Shown here: piece by piece, positions 42,201-53,619 of the stretch
Layout of the letters: every line of letters starts with the position of its first letter
How positions within the stretch are numbered: the first letter of the stretch is position 1
Origin: Ophelia neglecta
Taxonomy: Eukaryota
DNA length: 64,000 nucleotides
Direction: 5' to 3'
Assembly (NCBI GenBank): GCA_965285935.1
Contig: OZ260663.1
Span: 81,778,001 to 81,842,000, forward strand
Position numbers and translations under genes: made by a program
The notes under the pieces: model-generated
The model's input: only the letters and a program-made list of their open reading frames with translations
Told to the model about the DNA's origin: nothing
Databases searched by the model: none

Positions 42201-45200
42201 CCTAATGAAAAATGCTGAGTCCATCTCCTGAGATGCAAGCAATTTTAGGTAGAAAATAACTGCTTTTATCTGACAGTCTTCACAGCAAGTCCCAACTTAG
42301 GAGGGTAATCATGACTTGTAAGGGATGGAGTAAGCTGTGCCGTCTGCCGTCTGCAGTGGCCTTGCCAGATAACACAGCGAATTCTCTTGTAATGCAGTCA
42401 CAATGCAGTTAGTTTAGAAAGAAACATTTGGTGCTTTCTGTGTAGGAAAATGGCTCCAAAAGGGAATAAAACATTCAAGTCTGCTGTGCATGTGATTCAA
42501 TTCATTACTCCACATCATGTGCATTGCACTAATTATGCCATGTGCATTTAGATGCAGCATTTTTTTACCAACTTGATGGCTTCAAACTCAATGAGCCTCG
42601 AGGAAAAACAGTGTATGAGCTCATTTCCGGGTGGAATTTACGCCAGATTAAATGTACATGTAGTAGCTTCTCTATTGTGACTGACACAATGCCGAGCATG
42701 GCAATCTCATAACACATGTAAGTCTTTTAGGATTTAAGTCTGATCTAATCCCCAAAGGCCAATTCCTTCAATTTTTTATTAGAAAGAAGATAAATCCATT
42801 CTGAACATTTCTAAAAGAGGGTCTGAATAGTTTATCAGGTGTTAGAGATTGGCAATGCATTGTGGGGCAGTTTATTGGAGAAGTTCTGCCTTCATTGCCT
42901 CCATTGAAGGCTGGTGATTCATTTTCTCACCTAGGATACCTTCTTATTGGTAAATGTGTTGGTGTCCGATGGAAGCAATAACTAAGGAGCAGAATGCTCC
43001 TCTGGCATGCCATTCAGGAAAAACTGCAATAAACTGTCAGTCATGTGCCTAATAATTTGATCATAAATATTAGGATTTGGCCCGACCATAGGTTATTGGC
43101 AAGGGCTGATCTTCTTCTTCCGTGAAGTATGCCCCATTTATCCTCGTGCAAAATAATTTATTCTCTAGGTTTCTCCGGCAACCACCAATGGTGTTTATTG
43201 AATTTGGGAGGAACCAGGTGGAAAAAGTGTCCTTGGTGTGCTGGCTATCCTCCTGACACATGGGATAATAAACCAACTCTGTGCTGAGCCACCTGTAAAC
43301 AAATACCCAGGGACTTTAGAGGAGGCATTTTACAGGGAGTGGCTGGCCTACCAATCTGTTCCTCCATCACTGTGATCACTCCCTCCCTGGACTATGCTAT
43401 CAGTGGTGGACAGGTGGATATGTCAGATATGAATGCCCGAAATGGAATTGTGCTGTAGACTGCCGAGCTAACTGGTTCAATCATATTACGATATAGATCC
43501 ATTCGGTGCTCACCCAAACCAATTTCCTCCATGCCATTGGGGTCCTTGATTATTCATCCCATCAATTGAATGTACAGCTACTCAAATGTCTGGGGCCTTA
43601 TCATGCATGCGTAGTTTTTTTCTAATCTCATTTCGGTTTAAATGAATTACATGCCATTGCATGTGTTTGTCTGGTAAACCTACATACTCTGTTACTAGAG
43701 AGGCTAAAGCAATCGTAAAAACTAGAAATTTTTTTGTGCCAAAAGCATTCTCAATTTGCTAGAATACATCAAATAATGAAAACTCCAGTAGCTTAAGTAA
43801 CCAAAGGTTGGAGATTTATGGCTAAGCATATTTTAATCAGCGTGAGTATGGAGAAAAGATCCATGTGCAATGCACAATGTAGTGCTTTTACCTTCGAGAG
43901 AAACTCACCTGTAGTCGAGCTCATGCACAGACACGCAAATCAAACAAGATTCATTTGTTAGAAATATTGTCTTATGATGACTATTGTAGTTTCTCCACAG
44001 TTCTGTCATGTCTTACTTCCTAATCATGAAGCCCTGAACACGGATTAGCTTTGTTACCTGAAAGCTGTTTTAAGTCTCCCAAGTTGTAGATCTGCTTAAA
44101 CTGTAAAACTGGTGATTCCCCGCTACAAACAAAGAACAGTTGTGAGGGCCTTAATGGGCAGGTGAGACTCCTCAAGCCTGCTCACCACCACCATTTCTTT
44201 GAATGTGCCTGATTAGCAATGTAATGCTTTTCCCAAGACCTTACATGTTTGCTCTCAAATAAAGATCACTATAAATCTAACATGTTTCCTGAGGACACAG
44301 CCGAGAATGACACTATTGTTCAAGTTGACCAAATTTCAATGCAACAGTCATGAGTTACTGGATAAAAACAACACAGTGCTTAATTGAATACACTCTGTGT
44401 ATCTGACAAGTTTCAGCTGCACACACAGATGACAAGCTGGTTTTAAATAATATGATTTATCCACCTTTCCCTACATTATATGTGATACTTTATTAAACAG
44501 TTTTTCATAAAATGCTTTTGCCTTTGTGCAATATATTGTCTTCCACTATGGGAGAGGAGGCCAGGGGGAGGGGGGTCTGAAGATGAATGTATATTTACAT
44601 GAAGCTGTATATTATTATTAAAATTACCCACATTGCATAATATTTTATACTATCATGTTAATGAAATTTTTTTTTTTTTTTTGGGAGTAGGGGACATGCC
44701 AAATACAAAATATATTAATATAAATGTTGGCTTATTTGTTGGCTGTCGCCCACCTCTAGGTTAATCACAGAAGCCTTCCATTTTCTTCTCACATATATTT
44801 TCATGCCTCATACACAATTTTCATACGAAAATATGAACAGCTGGAAGTAGTTTCAATTAGTAATGTTAACTGGTAAGAGTAAGTAAATTACAATTTGCCT
44901 GTGTTGAAAACTTTAAAGTCTGGATCAGCACGCCAGCACTAACACTCTGGTGTATCTGGCACACATGTGTCATCACCAAGTGAGAGCAGATGATCAAAAC
45001 CAGAGACTTACCAGCGTGGAAACAAAATGGTAAAATCATAATCAGAGAACGTCTGCTATGAAGACTGACAGATAGCCTGAGATTAGGTCTGTTGGTAATC
45101 TTTTGCTCTTGATTTCTCCTCTGCTTGGCTAATCATGCCATAACTCAGTACAGTTTGCTCGGTTGTAACTTATATTTTATTAACTTCTAAGTGATAATAG

Positions 45201-48200
45201 AAGTCAACATCCTGGAGTATTTTTGTGTGCAAAGGAAGCCCTATTTCATTACAGTACCTGTGCAAGGGGGACATTTTCTTTTGTCTATAGTAGAGACTAT
45301 GATGTTTTGAAGACCTGGGGGAAATCAACATACAAGTGGTCCAAACTATCATTAGAAAGAGCTAAAAGACCGGGGAGATGAGACAGCCAAACTGGCTTTA
45401 TTGATATTACCAAAGCAATTAAAATGGAAATTAAAATGGGATCTTTCACTAGTGATATGTTACCCTTTACATGCAAGGCCATTATCCTTCAAAGCTAGTT
45501 CCCTTGTTTTCCAATCAAGTAATGATGTGCTTCTGATTCACAGTCTGATCACTGGATAGCTGCAATCTTATTGCCATTTAAATTGCTCTCACTAGAAGTA
45601 TGCTTTGCTCCCTGTTTTATCAAGTTTTCAGATGAGAAACTTTATCCTTCACGTGGATGTGATTCATTTTATACCCGACACACAAGCTCCTTTGATCAGC
45701 TAGAGAGGTAAAATACACTTTAAAGAAAGCAGTCTTGCCAGTGACATAGACTGTATGCAAGTGGTGATATGACTTGGAGGGCTCAGTTTGTCAATGGTAC
45801 TAGAGAAGGCTGACAAGCACAGAATTAATAATACCAACATTTGATGCATTGCTCCCTATTTTAATGAGATACTTTCCAGAGGTATGAGCACATGACACTT
45901 GTGTGATAAAAGCATTGAAATAAATGAATCTTTTTGACTGTTTTATCACATTGTTGAGAATTGCACCATGAAGTCTTTTAGCCAGCCCCAAATGGCCTGT
46001 CAGTGTTAGCTTTCCTGATAATAATTACCTGTACGGGGAAAGTGGCAAAACCAAGTGTTAAAACATGTCCTTCCCATCATGATTTGACCAGGTTTTTAAA
46101 GAAGCATGTAGCTTCTAATGCATCAGCACCAGATGACATTGACTATGTACTTTAAATGTGAGTACTTTATCTGCTCGTTTTAAACAAGATGTTTTCATGG
46201 GCCTTATCTAACTCATAAAGCAATCACTGTACCATCTGATAATGAACTTCATCAATAAGGCTGATGAAAATGTTCGGGGAGTGGGCAAATCCTCCTCGAG
46301 GCATGCTCCCACCATCGAGCTGTGGCCGTGTAATTAGCAATCTGCGGGCAAGAACGGAACAAATAATAAAAGATTGGAACTATCAGGGATCAGTCCCCGC
46401 CTTGACAGGGCTGGTCCTGAACTGTTTCCTGGTCTCAGGCAGGACAGTGGAGTTAGAAATGACAGCAATGCTGCAAGTTCACCCAGAGATCCATCAACAT
46501 CAGTGTAATATTCATTGCTTGCTCGGGCACAAATTACACTTTTCACTCAATAAGTGCTATATGAAGCGCATTTGCCGGAGGAAACCTGCCTGGCATAATG
46601 GCCAGCTGCCCGGGTTCATGTGGCAAGTGTGAGAATGAACACAAGGCCCGTCTTGCATGTCATGCATACAGTACTCAGTTTTGTAGTCTCCTCTCCCACC
46701 ACATCCTAGTCTGAGTGGCTAGTAAAGCCAGCCCATGTATTGTATTATAATTACACATCAGTGAAAGTAATGGATATTTGCCCAACTACCACTTGGGAAT
46801 TGATGCAACATGTGACCTTAGTTAACTACATACCACATATCAATATTTTCCACCATTCTATTATCTGTGAAAGGATTAAAATGCTGAAATATTAAAGTTT
46901 TGTGTGCCCTATTGTCTGAAGGTTACACGTCCTACTCTAACTGAATTAATGTATTGTGTTGTGGTTTTTTCCCCTAGAAAGTCACTTGCAAAATTTACAT
47001 TTATTGCCATCAGTTTAAACTTATCTTGAATGTTGAACCTTCGAGTTGTGATTTATACTAGCATAAGACCTTTTTCCGGTCCTACAAGATCGTAATTTAT
47101 TTTCAAGGATCCTCCCGTGTATCATTTCAGTTGGGTGTTATCTTCTGAGAGTATAGCGTTTCACAATGTAATAGTTTTATAAAGATATCAGAGCACACAG
47201 CCTGTTGGCACACTCGGAACATTGGATAGATAGATAATGGCAGGCTATGAAACATTCATATTTTAAAAATGTACCCAGTTTGTTATTAAACCCTATAGAT
47301 ATGAGACTGTGCTAAGTCAAGTTAGCTATCAAGTCTTCAGCTGACTTTGATATCTAATGACCATTAAAAATGTGTAATAAAGTGTAGCTTTTACTTTTAT
47401 TACTGTGGCTCCAGAAGCAATAAATGGCAGGGTTTATCATATCGTTTCTTGGTTATGAATGCTAAATGGCTAAAATAGAGTGTTTACAAATCTATATGAT
47501 AACTATTTTAATATGCATGCCATGCGGGTTACTAATGGTGGACTATAAGTTGGATGTTAGGCACCCAGCAGAGTTTGAATCTGTTGGTAAATTGTAAACC
47601 TCTACTTTGTAAACCTCTGCTTCCTTTCTCTCTTACTCCTTCAGCTTTGTAAAAGCCTGCATCTTGTATTGGATACATGTGCTTGAAAGCATAGATTGCT
47701 GCTGCATCTTATGATTAAAGTATGGGCTCAATGGATTGTGGGCTGCATGAAAACACATCTTATACAGCAAACAGCATGGTATGAATGCAAACCAATATGT
47801 CAAAAAATATTGATGCTCAGATTTCTAATATGGTTTATAAACTAACTATCACTTTTATTTTTAAGCTTTCCTTCTTTCCTTTTTTAAAGGGAATTTTGAT
47901 TTAAGTCAGTCTTCCTGGCTATGAGCCCTCCTTTCTTAAAAGTATATCAGGGAAAGACTTGCATGTAATTCATTGATCACTACATTGTAAATCTTCATCG
48001 GCTGAAATATGTGAACAGTCAGTGTACATGAATGTGATAGTATTGATGTGTACACTGAACAACAGGAGATCTAAGAAGGCATAACATGGACAACCGAGGT
48101 GTTCACACATCCTCAACATACCTGGACGGAAATATAATTGGTCAAGAAGACCCGGGATCTGCCAACAGCCCATATGAGCCACCTGCCTTCACAAAATAAA

Positions 48201-51200
48201 AGCTTTAAAGTGCTGGTTATGGAGGGCCCCGCTAACCAGGAGTGTGGTATTCGTATCAGGCATGGCAGATCCTCTTTCACAATTAAGCCCCAATCCTTGT
48301 CTTTTTTTTCTGCAGAGAGCAATCCGATCAAAGGCCTATTCCAGTGATCACGCATTAAGATACTCTGCCTCCCCGGATATTCACCATTGTATTCCTAAAA
48401 GCATGGCCTATAATTGCATTGGGCTGAAAACTGCTGGGCATATTGCTGACTTTGCATGCATCCTAACAGCTTGGAGAACATCAATACCGATTGCTATTCT
48501 CTGGGGCTGACAAGTACTAGATTAATGTTTTACAGGCATTTTACCCATTCCAGTCAATCTACCCAACTAAGCTTCTAACTGGTATGTGTAATTTACATGG
48601 TGGAAAAAGCACCACAACCAATGAATGTTCATAAGCTTACCAAGTGAATTTCTCTTTTGCAAGGAAAATAGTGCCCGACTTATGGTTGACAACACTCCCT
48701 GTATGATTTTAGGCTTAATGGAAGAAACGGTTTACAAGGGGCTGTCCTGTGAATTATAATGTGCTGCCATGTCATCTGCCAGGTCTTTTTGGTCATTCTG
48801 CTGTTGTGAAATTACAGGCCCAGTTTTCATATGACAGGCACAAACAGAGCTCAGATTGCCCCATCTTTTAAGTGTCATAGAGAGCATGCTTGTCAGTGAG
48901 TAATACTATAGGCTGCTCTTTGTAAAAACTGCCATGGAAAAAGTGAATATTTCTGCTGCACATGACCGTGAAAAATGGGATGTGCTCTTTCCAACAATGT
49001 ATATCTGATAAATGGGTCTTGTTTTCCTTCTAACTGGACTGCTTTTGGAAACTAACAAGAACAGCTGAAGTTTCTTTGACACTGGAGTAGGGTATTCTTT
49101 AATTGGGATATGTCAACTTTTACTTATGGCTAGCATGAAAAACATGTACAAAGCAACGTGAAGCAAATTGGCAATTTCTGAAGTGAAGAAACAGGCAAGC
49201 TAACCGTTTTTGAAACCAGAGAAGCTAAAATATCAATGGAAATGAAACTAACAGATCTTGACGGCAGGAGAAATGGCTTAACTTTTTTCTCAAAAGAACT
49301 TTTTACAAGATTAGGTGCAGGAAAAAGAAGTTTTTCAGTAAAAACTAAAATACAAATTGGGAAGTTGACTGATGACATGTTCTGTGGCAGCCCTCCCCTC
49401 TCCCTCATCTAATCAAATATAATTGCTATTTATTACTTTTCAGCAGATATAATATAAATGAAAATAACTTACTTTATGAAGTAATTGCTAGACATTTTAG
49501 TCGGTATCTCTGCTGGGCAAATGATCCTTTGAAACCTGTGTAGGCATGTACTGTATCTGGAACACAATTTTAATATATTTTAAGCACATCCTAGGATACC
49601 AATTCCATTATTTTGTATGTTTTATCTTAATTTACATGCCTTAGGGATGTACTGAGCACTTCAACATCAATATTTTTGGCATATTCACACACAGAACAAA
49701 TATTTGCTCTTTGCCAAAATTAATCAGGCTGGCCAAATAAAGCTTACAACATTACAACAAATGATTGTTATATATTTACAACATACTGCACACACACATT
49801 ATTTTGTATATGTATATATATGTATATATCTCTATATATATCTATATATATATCTATATATATCTATATATATCTATCAGGCCAGGTTACTGTAGTTAAT
49901 TAATTCCCATGCACTTCCACTACCATGAGTACATGTGATATTCTTCAATATAAACTTATTTGGGGACCTTTAAATGTGTCAACCTATTCTACACACTGAC
50001 ATTGAATATTATCAAGCAATACAATTTTTATGAGAACCAACATACAACATTAAATAGAAACTTTTTGAAGTCAAAACATGGAAACAATAATAAAAAACTG
50101 TCTAAAGGGCATTAACAGCTGTTAAATTTTGTAATGTATCCTGTATTTATTCCCAACACTGATTACAAAGTATTATATTGGTGTAAATTGTGAAAGCTGT
50201 TGTTCATGGCCAATGCACTATGATTATATCAATCTACCTATTATATTTTTATATGTAAATAAATTGCTTATGTACTATGAACATGTGCTTAATTGTTTTT
50301 TCTTTTAATTTGAATATATTAATTAAAATGATTATATTAATAAAATATGTATTTCTAATTCTATAACTGTGCATAAAATGTATGTTGTATAAACTGGCTA
50401 GTATGCTGATCACCGGGACCTTGTGATGTGTTAACCACAAGAAGGGCCCTATGGCTGTCAGCTCATGAGATCACAGTGTAACGGGTTAGATTCATCGTTG
50501 TGTCACTATGTCACCACTCTGTGTCACTTCACTGTTACTAATGTCACTGGTGTTTCCTTTCAGCCGTTTATGTCGCCACGGTATGCGGGGCCGCGGGGCC
50601 CTGTGCGGATGCCTAACCAGGTAGACTTCAATGTAAGTTCTAAGAACGGCTTGCAGTGCAGCCATTTAATACACTATTTAACCAACTTCTCTCTCTCTGG
50701 CTATGGCTTTTCTGTTGTTGAGTGATTTGACTTGCAAAATGTTTAAATACGCTATGTTTTCCAGATGGTTTTGACCACAAACCTTTTTAAATATTACTAA
50801 TCACTATGGCATCAGAGTGTTGATTGAGTTAAATCAGCTTGATGGAGTCAGGTCATGTCATGTGATACACAGTGTCATGTGACACTCCATATCATCTGGA
50901 GTGGGTTTTTAGTTAAGGGTGCCATGTGCCAGTAATGCCGGTATCAATATCTCTAATCTCACTGTGTAAACTAACAGCACTCACTGATGGGTTTTATTTT
51001 ATTTGTTGATATATGTGCATGCAGGTATCAGTTTTAATATTGCATGCTTAATTCAATAGATGTATATTTTAGTTGGTGCTCACTGGCTTCAACAATCAAT
51101 ATGTGATGATAGATGATGGAAAAGGGGAGAAAAGCATAAGAATGCTTATATTCAACCTCCATTTCTTTATATTATTATGACTTGTCGTCAATTTAACTTT

Positions 51201-51849
51201 TAAACAAGAGTTGCAATGATTTTGGCTGTTTGCTTCCTTTTTTTAGCAACTTCTTTTTGCTTGCAAGATATAATTGCTATTGGCGATAGGAAAACAATTT
51301 GGGGAATAATTTGAAGTTTCTTAAGGCCTCAAAAGGTCACTTGTATGACTAGGGCAAGTAGAATTTGACATCATCATGCCCTATGGACAAGGGTTGACTT
51401 TGATATAGCACCTAACAGATAGTGCATCATAGTGTGTTACATAAAAACAAACAACTCCTCTTATGACTGCAAAACTTAATCTAGTTTTTATATTATAATT
51501 TTTTGTAATGGGTATTTATTAGTATCGACATATGTAGTTGTATGCCTTCTTTAAGAACACAGTGTTTACTAATATATCAGTTGGTACACCTCTTCTTTTA
51601 GTAGTGCTTGGCATGATTATACATGTGTAATTAAAAAATGTATGTTTTGAAGAAGACACATAATAAACTGTAAGTGGCATGATTAATGATGGTTGTATGT
51701 AGTTATACAGCTAGGTAGTTTCACTAGCACACTCGTCATATGACCACATTGTTGTATCCAATACTCATCTTTTCTTTCCTGTGTGTTTTTGTAGGCTGGA
51801 CCCGGCCAGATGCCTGGTATGCCACCAAACAGTATGGAGATGAGACCAG
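1382..51849 (+). CDS. SSBP3: Single-stranded DNA-binding protein SSBP2/3/4 (Ssdp) orthologue, LUFS/LisH domain plus Pro/Gly/Met-rich region; partial, join(1382..1437,1938..2010,3258..3319,14519..14603,19118..19159,36552..36638,39357..39458,50564..50632,51795..51849,...)
   Basis: Nine GT-AG exons join in one frame (631 nt). The LUFS domain is essentially identical to vertebrate SSBP2/3 and fly Ssdp as recalled. 3' exons lie beyond the window. Confidence 0.95.
1938..2010 (+). CDS. SSBP3: SSBP exon 2 ([24 protein letters not shown]; LisH motif)
   Basis: ctttcag acceptor, GTAAGT donor, invariant LisH sequence. Confidence 0.97.
3258..3319 (+). CDS. SSBP3: SSBP exon 3 ([21 protein letters not shown])
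   Basis: ttgcag acceptor, GTAAGT donor, invariant LUFS sequence. Confidence 0.97.
4990..5741. mobile_element. Degenerate fold-back MITE with long (~115 bp) imperfect TIRs, right arm interrupted by a nested MITE
   Basis: Left arm ggtggacagtc...tgctcaaattt...gtcctc...gtcagcaaa...ggacggatggaagcag (4990-5106) is the reverse complement of ctgctgccatccgtcc...tttgctgac...gaggac[insert]...aaatttgagca...gactgtccacc (5467-5741). Confidence 0.75.
5523..5682. mobile_element. Tigger/pogo-type MITE, 160 bp, TA target duplication
   Basis: TA|CAGTGGAAACCCTGATGAAAGA ... TCTCTCATGAGGGGTTTCACTG|TA. Confidence 0.8.
5924..6203 (+). mobile_element. 5'-truncated tRNA-derived SINE (MetaSINE/RUDI-like)
   Basis: Pol III B-box GGTTCGATCCC at 5925-5935; core CCCGGTGTCAGTATAATGTGACTGGGTGGGG; 3' end GATATGACC...TGTTGAAAG..ACGTAAAACCC followed by a (CAA[A/C/T])n tail; 9-bp TSD TTGTCCAGG at 5915-5923 and 6204-6212. 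Confidence 0.8.
6689..6869. mobile_element. Tigger/pogo-type MITE, degenerate
   Basis: TA|CAGTGAAACCTG...AGACCACC on the left versus GGTGGTC...CAAGTTTCACTG on the right. Confidence 0.7.
7733..8800 (+). mobile_element. Degenerate Helentron/HINE (DINE-1-like) remnant; boundaries approximate
   Basis: Starts TTATTATCCCC...GGGGGGAT (sub-terminal IR) followed by a GTCT/GTCC microsatellite. A TGACCTT...AAGGTCAA palindrome lies at ~8666-8693. This architecture is typical of mollusc non-autonomous Helentrons. Confidence 0.4.
9535..11022 (-). mobile_element. pogo/Tc2-type (DD35D) DNA transposon, internally deleted, 1488 bp
   Basis: 25-bp TIRs CCGTATAGCCCTTTGTACTAACCGC / GCGGTTAGTACACAGGGCTTTACGG (2 mismatches), TA on both flanks, sub-terminal GCGGTTTATT repeats, internal DDE_1 transposase ORF. 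Confidence 0.92.
9622..10275 (-). pseudogene. Truncated pogo-family (POGK-like, DDE_1) transposase, catalytic domain only
   Basis: Motifs [61 protein letters not shown]; 35 residues between the second and third Asp. No N-terminal HTH. Homology ends at ~9722. Confidence 0.88.
12833..13010. mobile_element. Tigger/pogo-type MITE, TA target duplication
   Basis: TA|CAGTGGACCCTGCGATGTGGGGCCCC ... GGGGTGGCCCTACATCACGGGCACATCTG|TA, with internal GCCACCTGC repeats. Confidence 0.7.
14519..14603 (+). CDS. SSBP3: SSBP exon 4 ([28 protein letters not shown])
   Basis: Long poly-T/CAG acceptor, GTAAGT donor, invariant LUFS C-terminus. Confidence 0.97.
15850..16240 (-). mobile_element. Ancient LINE RT fragment (RTE-like); boundaries approximate
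   Basis: Translation [22 protein letters not shown] resembles W....I.PIPKKG....C of non-LTR RTs; very degenerate. Confidence 0.3.
18240..18700 (-). mobile_element. Ancient LINE RT fragment (RTE-like); boundaries approximate
   Basis: [12 protein letters not shown]...GDGLNN*FAS resembles GVRQGC.LSP...I.NLRFADD. Confidence 0.35.
19118..19159 (+). CDS. SSBP3: SSBP exon 5, 42 nt ([14 protein letters not shown])
   Basis: Branch-point-like TACTGAC at 19078-19084, poly-T CAG acceptor, GTGAGT donor. The peptide resembles fly Ssdp ([15 protein letters not shown], recalled). Confidence 0.88.
20000..20300 (+). mobile_element. Ancient LINE RT fragment (CR1/L2-like); boundaries approximate
   Basis: Frameshifted traces YPQS / TDINDSDIF / QFPKKAK in the order expected for PQGS, YIND, FN..K. 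Confidence 0.3.
21159..21207. repeat. (TA)n microsatellite
   Basis: A short (AT)n run followed by about 16 perfect TA units. Confidence 0.9.
24550..24930 (-). mobile_element. Ancient RTE-like LINE RT fragment (probable continuation at ~23290-23450)
   Basis: The - strand reads [19 protein letters not shown], resembling RQGCPLSP.LFNIFLE.IM. Confidence 0.45.
25335..25712. mobile_element. 378-bp MITE with CCC(G)nTACTCCCATTAT TIRs and an 8-bp TSD
   Basis: ACATGCAT|CCCGGGGG...GTACTCCCATTAT ... ATAATGGGAGTACCCCCCCCGGG|ACATGCAT; internal tandem CCTACCCTTGA.TTAGGGACATT.TGACTTCAAA x2. Confidence 0.9.
28179..28495 (+). repeat. Degenerate ~80-100 bp tandem repeat, 4 copies, probably within an old non-autonomous element
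   Basis: Recurrent TTGCYATTTCATG...CAGTGTT(T)TGAGCAAAT motif at ~28180, 28281, 28361 and 28458. Confidence 0.6.
30987..31790 (+). repeat. Compound 12-bp minisatellite (GTCAGTSTRTGT grading to GACAGTCTATGT)
   Basis: Dozens of degenerate 12-mers at 30987-31420 and near-perfect GACAGTCTATGT copies at 31532-31680. Confidence 0.85.
36552..36638 (+). CDS. SSBP3: SSBP exon 6 ([29 protein letters not shown])
   Basis: ttccag acceptor, GTAAGT donor; matches the APSP..G..PP.DGMP.GP.PPGFF block of SSBPs. Confidence 0.95.
39357..39458 (+). CDS. SSBP3: SSBP exon 7, 102 nt ([34 protein letters not shown]), probable cassette exon
   Basis: acacag acceptor, GTGAGT donor, phase 0-0; SQPSPH motif shared with vertebrate SSBP3 and fly Ssdp. 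Confidence 0.9.
42900..43600 (-). mobile_element. Ancient L2/CR1-group LINE RT fragment; boundaries approximate
   Basis: In order on the - strand: W*ASHSL*NASSK (~WM..N.LKLN.SK), TKDTFSTWF (~KDLG..FD), LLSYCF (~LDYC). Confidence 0.4.
45000..45500 (-). mobile_element. Ancient CR1-like LINE RT fragment; boundaries approximate
   Basis: [13 protein letters not shown] resembles D.IYLDFSKAFD; downstream FIADVL resembles FADD. Confidence 0.45.
47960..48500 (+). mobile_element. Ancient RTE-like LINE fragment; boundaries approximate
   Basis: [14 protein letters not shown] resembles EI..RI..AR.AF; ALRYSAS resembles LLYG.E. Confidence 0.3.
49808..49878. repeat. AT-rich (TATATATATC)n-type microsatellite
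   Basis: Seen directly in the sequence. Confidence 0.85.
50564..50632 (+). CDS. SSBP3: SSBP exon 8 ([23 protein letters not shown])
   Basis: TACTAAT branch point at 50536-50542, tttcag acceptor, PFMSPRY motif, GTAAGT donor at 50633. A possible alternative donor CAG|gtagac lies at 50621. Confidence 0.93.
51795..51849 (+). CDS. SSBP3: SSBP exon 9 ([19 protein letters not shown])
   Basis: ttttgtag acceptor, CAG|GTAAGT donor, phase-1 end; resembles the PG.QP..PNSMDPTR.G segment of SSBPs. Confidence 0.9.
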
Positions 51850-53619
51850 GTAAGTGACTTGTGTAGTTTACATGAGTAGTAAGAATTATGGAAGAAAGTG
51901 GAAAACATATGGTGAAAGTAGTACGGTGCTTCTCTCCAGGGGGAGGTGCATATAGTCAGAAGTGTAACGCTTGGTCAGATTGTCAAATGGATAAATTCAA
52001 GTCTCCAACTGAGGTTCTTAATTGTGACCTTGAGAAGAGTCTGAGATCAATACCTAGCAGCCATGTAGAAAGAGTTTCGTAAATATAAAGATATTTATTG
52101 TCTCGCAATAAAAACCAAACAAAAACATTAATATTATACTCTATAGAGCTGTCAGTAAATGTCTGAAGTCATATTTATCTATAAAGTCAATAAGATAAAA
52201 ATGAAGTTTATAACCCCTCTTCACAGGAGAAAGACACCACCAGCAGTATTAAAATCCATTTATCACCTTTGGGCTCTTTATACCAATACTTAACATTTCT
52301 CTCCCTAAGAGCTAAGAGGCTTAGTGAGATAAAAAGTTTCCAACACTGATAGGTGAATGTTTACGCTACCTATTGTCAAGATAATAGGCCAATCTGGAAC
52401 ATCTTATGTTCAGTGCCAGTTTCCTGCTTTGCCATTGATATATTCTTCAGTGTGCTTACCAAAAATGACTAAGAGCTCGGGGTTTTTAGCCGACAAAGGC
52501 ACAGCGTGTAACCGAACTAGATATGATACATTTTCAGGAAATGAATAATGATGATCGATGTATCTAGATTAACCAGGCTACAAAGAAAACATCTTTAGGT
52601 ACTTCCCTTTCGGCTTATGAAACACCTTGCTTTAAAAATGTCAAGTGTAGAAGACAAAAGCCACTGTAAAAGTATCTAATATCCCGAGTGAATGGAAAAC
52701 AAGCTTTTAAAAAGCACTTCACTTTGTAGTTATATTTTACGTGTCACAGTACAAGATAGGCATGCTTAATATTTATTAAAGGAGTAATCTTTCAATTATA
52801 CTGTGTATCAAAGCTCTTACCTTGGATGTTGCGAAGGTGAATACTCTTGCCTCCTTGTCAAACGAGGCCAGCCCTCCTTTGTTAATCTTTCTGAAGCAGA
52901 ACACAGGTGCGAAGAAGTGTATACCTCGGCTGAGAATGTGAGCTGAATCTCACTCGAGTATCCGTTGGAGGTAATAACCACCTAATCCGATATGGAGCTG
53001 TTTAATAAATCACACTTATCCCACACCATTCACTGGCCACTGAGCACATAACTGGTATACAGCACCGCTTCCTAGGAAATTACTCAACTTTTCCATTCTG
53101 CTAGTAATCACCATAACTGCGTTGTATAATCCTAGTGTGGTAATATATTTGACTTGATAACTATCCAAAGGTAACAAATTGACAATGAATACAAGCTCCA
53201 CCATATAATAGTATTTAATCACAACTTTAGCACACAAGACTGGCTGAGTGTCTTACGATGATCTTTGTTTGATGAATTCCATTCCCAGGTGGTCACCTCT
53301 GTACCCAGCCTGATCCACAGGTTTTAGACTGATGAATCCTGCCCAATTCTGGCATGTACAATTGCAGGGTACATGACTTGCATGACGGTTTCAGGAGGGC
53401 AGATTATGAGCTGTCCGTGTATCCACAGATGTGACGAGTGACTCCTTTTTTTTGCCCGAGTGCCTGAAGGTGAAAAAGGCACACAGGATATTAGTGTTAT
53501 TTTCTCTGATACTTGATATTGAAATACAAGTAGTCCAGATGATCCAGATTGGGAACAACGGCTGAAAAGTACAAGGTAGTGAGGTTATCTATATACACAG
53601 GGCCATGTTTTTCCAATAT

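Noticed and set aside
52821-52890. Possible antisense 70-nt exon (tctgcttcag ... aag|gtaaga on the - strand) of a nested gene
   Set aside because: No partner exons or recognisable peptide were found; it lies next to LINE debris and such site pairs arise by chance.
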